The translations under genes and the position numbers were made by a program. A DNA stretch of 64,000 bases, taken from positions 32,001 to 96,000 of IMG/VR virus record IMGVR_UViG_3300021178_000001; one strand, 5' to 3'. Origin of the DNA: a virus. Of the stretch, positions 56,186 through 63,930 are shown one piece after another. Numbering within the stretch: the first letter of the stretch is position 1; each line of letters opens with the position of its first letter. The notes under the pieces are model-generated. The model saw only the letters and a program-made list of their open reading frames with translations. It had not been told where the DNA came from and searched no databases.

Positions 56186-57080
56186 AGAAACTCTCGAGAA
56201 AATTCGCGAGATCATAGCAAAACACTACGCTAAGTTCTCCATTTCTATGTTGGGGCGATCCGCGTTCACGCCCGACGAACTGAGAGAATTACAAGCTGCG
56301 GGCATAGACACTTCCAACAAGAGTTCTTTCTTGGAAATGGTGTACATGCACAATTTTATCAACAACCCGCGCGGGAGAAACTCTCCCACGTCGGTCGAAG
56401 ACATGAAGGCTCAGCAGTCCGAGTCCGGTATAAAGCCGCACGGCGAAGCCAACGACTACACGGTCAACAACTTAAACGACAAGACGAAGCAACTCATCGA
56501 TAAACTCAGAGCTGACGTTGCGGCTCGCATTGAGGGTTTCATCCGAGACAACAACGACGCCTATAAATTTAACGCTCTCGCCAACTTAGACCGCACCGAC
56601 GCCATGGACGAGTTAGTCAAGGAATCATCGCTCGGTCGAGTTAAACAGAAGCTAAGAGACTCGTCTAAAGACGCCAACCGCGACTGGCAGCGCGTCGCAC
56701 TCACTGAGATGTCCAACGCCATAGGAATCGGGTCCGTAGACCGCATCGTCACAGACAACCGTGGCGCCGATTTGGATGACATCTACGTATATAGAATCAT
56801 TGTGGGCGACGCTCTGACGTGCAAGTACTGTAGGCGTTTTTACGGAGACGTCGGGCAAGCTCCAAAACTGTATAGACTTTCTACACTTTTGGCGAATGGC
56901 TCTAATTACGGGTTAAAGCAAGATTCTTGGAAACCTGTGTCCGGTGCGACACATCCTAACACAAGAACTTCGGCTGTACTAGAGTTAAAGCCTGGGTTTG
57001 AAGTTAGACCAGGCGGTTCAGTCACTTACATAGGACTCGCAAAGTGGGCGAACTACGTCCACGAAGTGCTAGTCGGATAA
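56172..57080 (+). CDS. minor head/head morphogenesis protein (Mu gpF/SPP1 gp7-like)
   Basis: W.RVA.TE, CKYC, HPNTR. Confidence 0.75.
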   Translation: MVTSRETLEKIREIIAKHYAKFSISMLGRSAFTPDELRELQAAGIDTSNKSSFLEMVYMHNFINNPRGRNSPTSVEDMKAQQSESGIKPHGEANDYTVNNLNDKTKQLIDKLRADVAARIEGFIRDNNDAYKFNALANLDRTDAMDELVKESSLGRVKQKLRDSSKDANRDWQRVALTEMSNAIGIGSVDRIVTDNRGADLDDIYVYRIIVGDALTCKYCRRFYGDVGQAPKLYRLSTLLANGSNYGLKQDSWKPVSGATHPNTRTSAVLELKPGFEVRPGGSVTYIGLAKWANYVHEVLVG

Positions 57081-57086
57081 TTTTCG

Positions 57087-57122
57087 TTTACTTTCGTTCC
57101 CTTCTACTTTACAATCTAAGAC
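57087..57122 (+). promoter_or_regulatory. sigma70-like promoter heading the chaperone/protease cluster
   Basis: TTTACT-N17-TACAAT-N7-ATG. Confidence 0.6.
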
Positions 57123-57329
57123 ATGATTAAAGAATTCCAAGAAGGTGAAGTTTACCGTAACTCCAAACTTACCCAAGACGTCATGGTCTATGCCGTCGGA
57201 ATAGACGATCCAGAAGAAGTAGTTCTAGCCGTTGGTTTTATAGATCGAGCATCTGAAGAGATGACCACTCCGGGCGAACTAACTGTCAAAAAAGCTGATT
57301 TCGGAGACTGGGAACTCCTCAAGTTATGA
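57123..57329 (+). CDS. hypothetical protein
   Basis: 68 aa; ATGA overlap with the next gene. Confidence 0.6.
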   Translation: MIKEFQEGEVYRNSKLTQDVMVYAVGIDDPEEVVLAVGFIDRASEEMTTPGELTVKKADFGDWELLKL

Positions 57330-57859
57330 GTGCGATAGACGACAAGCTCAAGCAGCTCAAAGAACAAGAACTTCAACTTCAGCGTGAAAAACGTAAAGTT
57401 GAACTTCTCAATTTGATCCTTAGTTCCACTAAGGATTTACCACAAGAGATTGGTTTTCCAGACGTCAAGGACGAGGTAGTTACTCTGTTGGGAGAGTTCG
57501 TGAAGAACGCTACTTGGGCTATCGAGACTGGGTCGGTGCTGTGTTACGAGGCGGACAATAGAGTTCCGATTATCGAGACCACTCACCGCGCACCTCAAAT
57601 TGTGAGTCCAGTAGAGCAACCAGTAAAACCTACACCTACACCTATAGCTAAAACTGGCGCACCAGAACTCAGTCCAAACGAAAAGTTGAACTTCGCGCTC
57701 GATAACCGACATTTGGGTGGTAAAAAAGTCACAGTCGCAAACGACAAGAACCTTGTCATCAACGGCACGGTTGTTGGACTCGACGCTCCTCACGTACTTG
57801 TTAAGACAGATACAGGACCTACCATAAAAGTGCCTTTGGATAACGTGAGTTTAGCATGA
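57326..57859 (+). CDS. hypothetical protein with C-terminal Sm/SH3-like (RimP-C/Hfq-like) barrel
   Basis: GKKVTV...INGTVVGLD..HVLVKT....IKVPLDNV. Confidence 0.45.
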   Translation: MSAIDDKLKQLKEQELQLQREKRKVELLNLILSSTKDLPQEIGFPDVKDEVVTLLGEFVKNATWAIETGSVLCYEADNRVPIIETTHRAPQIVSPVEQPVKPTPTPIAKTGAPELSPNEKLNFALDNRHLGGKKVTVANDKNLVINGTVVGLDAPHVLVKTDTGPTIKVPLDNVSLA

Positions 57860-58308
57860 GTGATTTTTACGATAAAAAACAGTTGGACGAGGCGCAAGCT
57901 AAAATTCGTGAGAACGCAACTCCTCAACAGTTAAAGATGCTGGAGGATGCAGACGCTGCGTTTGATGAAGTTCAAGACGAATTCGTTCAACGTCAGAGCG
58001 AGGAAGATAAGCTCCGTAGATGGGCGTTTAATTTGTGTGGGTTCAACCTAGACATGAGTGAGATTGAGCATCTAAGAGATGTAGCTAAAATGTTAACCCC
58101 GGGAACTACGACTACTTTCTTAGCCAAGCGTGGAGTTACGCAACTCTTTAAGACTGCTTTCGGCACCCTTGATCGAGTAGATCGTTATCTTCAAACTTTG
58201 GAACGCACGGTAATCGACATCACCAACAACAGTCAGTTTACACCGCTATCATTTTGTGATCTAATAAAGTTAGCTTTCAAACGTCTACTCAAGAGGAACC
58301 AACGATGA
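57856..58308 (+). CDS. hypothetical protein
   Basis: Helical 150 aa, coupled to neighbours. Confidence 0.6.
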   Translation: MSDFYDKKQLDEAQAKIRENATPQQLKMLEDADAAFDEVQDEFVQRQSEEDKLRRWAFNLCGFNLDMSEIEHLRDVAKMLTPGTTTTFLAKRGVTQLFKTAFGTLDRVDRYLQTLERTVIDITNNSQFTPLSFCDLIKLAFKRLLKRNQR

Positions 58309-58931
58309 CCAACAAACGTAAGAACTCTAATCCAGTCGCAAAACAAGTTCACCCTCAACTGTCCTTCCAGCAGTTGTTGGCCGACGCTACCTTGGCTAAG
58401 TTTAGCGGATACATCAACGAACAAATTCAAGCGTTAGCTGAAAAACTCACGGAGTACCAGGCCACACTGCAAAAGCAGTCTACACAGGACTTGATGACAC
58501 GCATCGTCTCTTTGGAAGAGATTGTCATGCAGAATATTCCGACAGTCACTAAAGAAGTGTTGGCTTCTCAAGTTGCTACCGTAGAAGACCGCAGCGAGGG
58601 TCTCAACCAAGTCTCCGACGGTGAAGTTGAGCTCAACGATCGCGTACGCGTAGAGATCAAGACTAAGACCACAGATCAGACTGATTTTCAAGGATCTTCT
58701 AGACTGCGCATCGACGGCGTCGGCAGCGGCAGTACTTTGGGTAAAGAACTCGAGGGATCTATCTTGGGTATGAAAGTTGGAGAAACTAAAGAAGTAAAGT
58801 TCGGCAAGGACGGAAACCTCATAGCTAGTATCTTGCTCAGCAGGACCTCGCGCGCTCCTAAGACAGAGTCTGCAGTGCCGCCTCCCCCTCAAACTGAAGG
58901 AGCTGCCAATGCCAGTGCAAATGCGGGGTAA
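58305..58931 (+). CDS. coiled-coil + trigger-factor-type FKBP (PPIase-fold) protein
   Basis: EVELNDRVRVEI...DFQG...GVGSGSTLGKELEGSILGMKVGETKEV resembles the trigger factor FKBP domain. Confidence 0.7.
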   Translation: MTNKRKNSNPVAKQVHPQLSFQQLLADATLAKFSGYINEQIQALAEKLTEYQATLQKQSTQDLMTRIVSLEEIVMQNIPTVTKEVLASQVATVEDRSEGLNQVSDGEVELNDRVRVEIKTKTTDQTDFQGSSRLRIDGVGSGSTLGKELEGSILGMKVGETKEVKFGKDGNLIASILLSRTSRAPKTESAVPPPPQTEGAANASANAG

Positions 58932-59175
58932 GCGAGTGGGTGTCGAGAAACTAGGTAAGTCATCCAGTGACCCCAAGAGTCTCTTCGCCATGCCTGAAGA
59001 CACCAGCGCCGTCGGAATTATACGCTACGTGGGCAGCGATCTAAAAGATCCAGACCTCAAAGTCGGCACTAAAGTGTACTTTGGGGATCAGCGTCAGCAA
59101 ATGAAGATCCACGGCATTGACATTCTAGTCATGGAAGAGACCAATGTGCTAGCCGTCGCTCAAGACGACACGTAG
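58909..59175 (+). CDS. groES: co-chaperonin GroES (Cpn10)
   Basis: G.RV.V, G.I..VG, LKVG.KVYF, I.G..ILVM.E.NVLAV; 88 aa. Confidence 0.8.
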   Translation: MPVQMRGKRVGVEKLGKSSSDPKSLFAMPEDTSAVGIIRYVGSDLKDPDLKVGTKVYFGDQRQQMKIHGIDILVMEETNVLAVAQDDT

Positions 59176-59192
59176 AAATTTCTGGAGGGTGC

Positions 59193-59804
59193 ATGTCGAG
59201 AAAACAAGTGAGAGACGATCTTGAACGTTTTCATGACTATAGCATTTACTTGCCCTCTAGAACTATTTACATGGGATCGGAAGAGCATCACATAGAGCAC
59301 GGTGACAGCGGTACGGACGGAGCCATGGCAGAGCGCACCGCTAAAAACCTACATATACTAGACTCTATTTCCGCTGAACCGATCAACGTGGTGATGAACA
59401 ACATCGGCGGAGACGAGTACGAGTGCTTTGCCATAATCGACGCGATCCGTCAGTGCCGTTCTAAAGTGATCATCACTGTAATGGGGCATGCAATGTCTGC
59501 GGGATCTCTGATACTTCAAGCGGCGGATGAGCGAGTAATGGCACCTTTGGCTGTACAAATGATGCACTATGGAACTTGGGGTTGCATAGACCACTCCAAG
59601 ACTTTTCAAAAGTGGGCCCGCGAGGGTAAGCGGATAGACGAGTGGATGGAGCAGTTTTATCTCGATAGAATTCACCTGAAGCACCCAGCATTCACTCTCA
59701 AGAAGTTGAAGAGCATGCTCGACCACGACACTTTCTTGACGGCCGAAGAGAGTGTAGCCTTGGGTCTATGCGACAGAGTTCTAGAATCAAGAGTCAAAGA
59801 GTGA
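59193..59804 (+). CDS. clpP: ClpP-like serine protease
   Basis: RTIYM, N.GG, G.AMSAG (Ser), MMH (His), HDTFLTAEE...LGL.D (Asp). Confidence 0.9.
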   Translation: MSRKQVRDDLERFHDYSIYLPSRTIYMGSEEHHIEHGDSGTDGAMAERTAKNLHILDSISAEPINVVMNNIGGDEYECFAIIDAIRQCRSKVIITVMGHAMSAGSLILQAADERVMAPLAVQMMHYGTWGCIDHSKTFQKWAREGKRIDEWMEQFYLDRIHLKHPAFTLKKLKSMLDHDTFLTAEESVALGLCDRVLESRVKE

Positions 59805-60571
59805 GCAACAAGAATCTAAAACAAATCTACGACCGCTCGTGTGAGCGTTCGATTCCAGAAAACAAGAGTAACTCTGGGCCAAGTATAAAACCGTCGATTT
59901 TAGGATCTCCGTGCTTGCGCAAAGTGTACTACTCGTACAACAAGGCGCCCGAAGACATTCCGTTCCCACTGACTAGCTCAAGAATAACTAGTTTGGGAAA
60001 TGCCATCGGCAAGATGTTGTTCGACGCCTTCGACAAGCAAGGCGTTGTCGTTAGATTCAGAAAACCCGACGGCACTTATCATGTGGACCAGCACACTGGT
60101 GAAGTAGACTTCGAGTTTAGACTAACTTCACCTGAACTAGGAATTCGCCTTGGTAAGATTGACGCGGTTTTGATCTTAGACGACGGTTTGTGGTTGGGCG
60201 AGTTTAAGTCCATCAACGACCGCGGGTTCAAAGAACTCAAGGCTCCAAAAGGTGACCACACTATACAAGGTGTACTGTACTTGTACTTGTTCAACAAAGC
60301 TCTCAAAGAAGGTGAGTTCAAGCACATTCCCGAATTAGCCAAGTTTGACAAGGCCAACGGCATCCGATTCCTTTATTACTACAAAGATAAGTCTGAACTT
60401 AAGGAATTTTTCATAACTACTGCGGACGAGTTGTTCAGACAAATTGTTCTGAAAATTGAACAAGTTAAGTGGTTCTCGGAGAACAATCAGGTACCTCCTC
60501 CCACCGAAGACTACTGCAGGACTTGCGCCTATCAATTCAGGTGTCAAAAGAATAAAAAAGCAAACGACTAA
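59801..60571 (+). CDS. Cas4-like PD-(D/E)xK exonuclease with four-Cys cluster
   Basis: PS..G.PC.R, G.ID, EFKS, Q..LY, C..C.....C. Confidence 0.85.
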   Translation: MSNKNLKQIYDRSCERSIPENKSNSGPSIKPSILGSPCLRKVYYSYNKAPEDIPFPLTSSRITSLGNAIGKMLFDAFDKQGVVVRFRKPDGTYHVDQHTGEVDFEFRLTSPELGIRLGKIDAVLILDDGLWLGEFKSINDRGFKELKAPKGDHTIQGVLYLYLFNKALKEGEFKHIPELAKFDKANGIRFLYYYKDKSELKEFFITTADELFRQIVLKIEQVKWFSENNQVPPPTEDYCRTCAYQFRCQKNKKAND

Positions 60572-60611
60572 ACTAGTATCCGTGGGATAAGTCTCCGGTA
60601 TAATATAGTTC

Positions 60612-60797
60612 ATGGACGCGCTGGACTACAGGATTCTTACGAAACGACAAGAGCTTAGGGACTTACTAAGGTTTGCTCTTTCGCAAAGTACTGTATTTTT
60701 GCCCATGGTCAGGGACCTGAAACTTGAAATCTCAGTTTGTGACTGTGCTTTAAATAAATTGTATCGTAGGCACGCTGTACGCGTTGTTTTACGCTAG
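60612..60797 (+). CDS. hypothetical protein
   Basis: TATAAT-N7-ATG. Confidence 0.5.
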   Translation: MDALDYRILTKRQELRDLLRFALSQSTVFLPMVRDLKLEISVCDCALNKLYRRHAVRVVLR

Positions 60798-60812
60798 ATC
60801 AAGAGGAATTCA

Positions 60813-61763
60813 ATGAAGAAACTACTCATATTGTCAGCAATTATGCTCGGATTAATGGTGGCGCCGATCGCAGTAATGAAGGCTGGTAAGCTAGCAGCTC
60901 ACGCTACGTCGACTGAAGCAGTCAACGAGAACTATCAAAAACAAGCGCTTCCTTCACAAAATACGGCGCTGTCCGTAGACGAACCAAAAATTTTCGACGT
61001 ACAAAAGACTATCAATCTAGAAGACGACGATACCGTAGTCCTCAAGGGTCCGGTGACAGACGACTCTGTCTCGGCCGTTGAAAAGAGACTTCAAGAGATC
61101 AGTCTTAAGCTCAGCAAAAACGCCCACATACGATTGGTGCTCGACACACCCGGAGGCGACATCACGGCTGGATCCGACTTGATCGACTTTGCAAAAGCCT
61201 TGCCTCAAAAAGTAGACACCATTTCTTTGTTCGCGGCGTCCATGGGCTTCCAAATCGCGGAAAATCTAAATACCAGGTACATCACTCGTACCGGAGTCTT
61301 GATGAGTCACCGAGCACGTCTCGGAGGCCTCGAAGGACAAATCAACGGCGAGTTCGAGAGTCGCTACAAGATGATTCGTCGTCAAGTAGACTTCATGGAA
61401 CTCATCGCTTCTAAGAGGATGGGCATCGACCTAGAGACGTACCGCAAAAAGATCGTGAATGAACTCTGGGTGTACGGCTTCGACGCTCTAGAAGAGAGAG
61501 TAGCAGACGAGACGGTTGCCGTGACTTGCGGCAAGTCGATGACTGGCTCATACTCTCAAGTGTTCAATACGATGATGGGTCCAGTTAAAGTCACTTTTAA
61601 CAAGTGCCCACTCATCAAAGCTCCCGAATCGGTAGAACTTAGTCAGATCGTGATCGGAGAACAAGACAAGGTTGAAGCAGCCGTTCGCATGGCGTTCAAC
61701 AACCAAAAGAAATTCGTGGACGAGTACATCACCACTAATCGTTTCTTCACCATTTTCAAGTAA
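60813..61763 (+). CDS. ClpP/crotonase-fold protease with N-terminal signal or membrane anchor
   Basis: MKKLLILSAIMLGLMVAPIAV leader; L.GPV, DTPGG, AASMG (Ser), LMSH (His). Confidence 0.75.
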   Translation: MKKLLILSAIMLGLMVAPIAVMKAGKLAAHATSTEAVNENYQKQALPSQNTALSVDEPKIFDVQKTINLEDDDTVVLKGPVTDDSVSAVEKRLQEISLKLSKNAHIRLVLDTPGGDITAGSDLIDFAKALPQKVDTISLFAASMGFQIAENLNTRYITRTGVLMSHRARLGGLEGQINGEFESRYKMIRRQVDFMELIASKRMGIDLETYRKKIVNELWVYGFDALEERVADETVAVTCGKSMTGSYSQVFNTMMGPVKVTFNKCPLIKAPESVELSQIVIGEQDKVEAAVRMAFNNQKKFVDEYITTNRFFTIFK

Positions 61764-61779
61764 AATCACACTCCTCAAA

Positions 61780-61803
61780 GGAGCGGCCAGGATCGGCCGC
61801 TCC
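61780..61803 (+). other. GC-rich hairpin without a T tract
   Basis: GGAGCGGCC-aggatc-GGCCGCTCC. Confidence 0.5.
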
Positions 61804-61822
61804 CGAAAGTTCAGGACCACGG

Positions 61823-62284
61823 ATGGAACCTAAATCTAAGTTAACACTGTTAAAGCGTCCGCAAGACTTGGGCGCGGTCAACAACTTCTGGCGGTGTTGC
61901 CCGCTTTCTAACGAGTACTTGCCTGAAACGACGTGCCCAGAGGGTTCCCCCAACATCGTTAAGGGCAAAATTGTGGAAGAACCTAGGTGCGCCTGGTGGC
62001 TGAACTCGGCTAACCACAACTTCTGTTTTTGGCGATACGTCAAAGATAAGTCGGATTCCGACGGCATGATGCGCGAATTGGTGCAGTCAGAGCTAGCTGC
62101 CCTTTTTGGATGGTCTAACACTAAAACACACTTTATGCTAAAACAAGCTATGACTGAACTTATTGAAGCGATGCGTGTGTACGGCGCGAAAGACTTGCTG
62201 CAAGACTTGGAAGACAATGACTCGGACGTAGAGATCAGTTTAGGCAACCTCTTAGACCCCAGTTCTGAAGACCATCTCGAATAA
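61823..62284 (+). CDS. Cys-rich protein with a sigma70 region-4-like HTH
   Basis: CCP..CP..CAW..CFW, then QSELAALFGWS......LKQAM..L. Confidence 0.5.
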   Translation: MEPKSKLTLLKRPQDLGAVNNFWRCCPLSNEYLPETTCPEGSPNIVKGKIVEEPRCAWWLNSANHNFCFWRYVKDKSDSDGMMRELVQSELAALFGWSNTKTHFMLKQAMTELIEAMRVYGAKDLLQDLEDNDSDVEISLGNLLDPSSEDHLE

Positions 62285-62295
62285 ACTTGGATTAT

Positions 62296-62835
62296 ATGCA
62301 AATTAGTAAGTCATTATCTAGACATAGAGCTAGAAGAGCATGGGAAAGTTATTATAAAGCATCAATCTTGCCAGGAATGCATCTCCATCACAGAGACAGT
62401 AATTCTAGAAATAATAGCATTGAAAATTTAGTAGTTTGTACTCCAGAAGAACACGTAGAGTTTCATAGACAATTAGGTCATAAAATTCAACAAAATTATA
62501 TATTTAAAGCAAACTTTTTTGCCGACATGACGGTAGAAGAGCAAGAAGCATTCAGACGGAAAGCAAGTGAATATTCTAAACGTAGGATAAATTTAAGTAG
62601 ATCAGATCAAACTAGACTATTGTGTAAACTCAATAGTGCTCTTCAAGCTAACTCACTTGAAATGATAGACGTTGAAACTGGTAAAATTGTAAGTGAGTTC
62701 TTTAGCATTAAAGAAGCAGCTGAAAAACTTGACATTCAACGTGCTCATATACGGCGAGTCATAACCGGCGAGCGCAAAGGTTGGAGAGGCTATGTCTTTA
62801 GATACAAAGAGTTCAGAAATGCAGGACACCTTTAA
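62296..62835 (+). CDS. HNH homing endonuclease with NUMOD1-like tail
   Basis: HLHHRD.N..NN.IENL..C...EH...H; F.SIKEAA..L...I..V..G.RK...GY.FRY. Confidence 0.9.
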   Translation: MQISKSLSRHRARRAWESYYKASILPGMHLHHRDSNSRNNSIENLVVCTPEEHVEFHRQLGHKIQQNYIFKANFFADMTVEEQEAFRRKASEYSKRRINLSRSDQTRLLCKLNSALQANSLEMIDVETGKIVSEFFSIKEAAEKLDIQRAHIRRVITGERKGWRGYVFRYKEFRNAGHL

Positions 62836-63880
62836 GTTTGTAATTCCCGCAGACCTTGAAAAAGGCAAAGACGGCGAATGGAAGATTAGTGGTCTAGCTT
62901 CAACTCAGAAGGTAGACCTGCAAGGTGAAACCATAATTCAAAAAGGTATCGACTTAACTCCAATTGATAAGAAAAAAGGAGTGATTAATTTCGATCATCA
63001 ACGCGGACCTGAAAACACTATAGGTCTTTTAGACGGGTACACTCGCACCGAAAAAGGACTTTTCATCGAAGGCCGTCTCTTTAAGAATCATACTAAGGCC
63101 AAAGCAGTGTATGAGATTATGTCTTCTTTGGGTGAGAACGATCGCGGTCGTGTAGGTCTTAGTGTAGAAGGTAAAATATTAAAACGCAGTTTGACTAATC
63201 CAGCAATAATTGAGAGATGCCAGATAAATGCAGTTGCTGTTACTCTTTCACCTGTAAATTCAGAGACTTTTGCAGATTTAGTTAAGTCTATGAACTCGGC
63301 CGATTCTGTGGAGTTCAACGCCGAAGAGCAAATCTCTGAGACTAATCCCAACGAAGCCACCTTTACTGCTGACCAAGTCATGGCTATCGTTCAAAAAGCT
63401 CTAGCCGTCGGTGGCCCCGCAGCGGTTGGTCCTCCGAACGCTAAGACAGGCGGTAACGCTCTTCAGCCCTCCGACATGTCGGCTGAGCCAAAGAAGAAGA
63501 AAAAGCTCAAGAAGATGGTCTCCGGCATGTACAAGTCGAGTCTAGTCAGTATCCTCGACAAACTGCAGGTTTTATATCCCCAGTGCTCTCGCTCAGAGAT
63601 CTGGGAAGCTGTAAAAGACCGGCTAGACACTAAGTTTGAGATGGAAAAAGGCTTGCGCATCAAGAATACTTCGGGCAAAGAGCGCGAGCACAAGTTGTAC
63701 GAAGACGCCCGCCAGCGCGGCGACTACGAGACCAATAAAGATAAGTCGAGAGCTGAACTTAACCAACTGGCCGAGCAGTCGGGCGCCGGCAAGCACGACA
63801 AGCAAAAGATTAGGGCTCAACGCGACGCCGCAATTCAAGTCGGTGAGCGAGACCACGTCAGACCCAACGTAAAAGGTTAA
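62819..63880 (+). CDS. prohead (capsid maturation) protease with charged C-terminal extension
   Basis: ISGLAST..VD.QGE, NFDH, GLSVEG, VAVT..PVN.ET. Confidence 0.85.
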   Translation: MQDTFKFVIPADLEKGKDGEWKISGLASTQKVDLQGETIIQKGIDLTPIDKKKGVINFDHQRGPENTIGLLDGYTRTEKGLFIEGRLFKNHTKAKAVYEIMSSLGENDRGRVGLSVEGKILKRSLTNPAIIERCQINAVAVTLSPVNSETFADLVKSMNSADSVEFNAEEQISETNPNEATFTADQVMAIVQKALAVGGPAAVGPPNAKTGGNALQPSDMSAEPKKKKKLKKMVSGMYKSSLVSILDKLQVLYPQCSRSEIWEAVKDRLDTKFEMEKGLRIKNTSGKEREHKLYEDARQRGDYETNKDKSRAELNQLAEQSGAGKHDKQKIRAQRDAAIQVGERDHVRPNVKG

Positions 63881-63930
63881 AGAACAGTTTTGGTATAATT
63901 GAACTATATTCTTTTTGAGGAGACGTTACC

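Noticed and set aside
59801-60571. Cas4-like gene as evidence of a CRISPR-Cas system
   Set aside because: No repeat-spacer array or other cas genes seen; solo Cas4-like exonucleases are common in phages.
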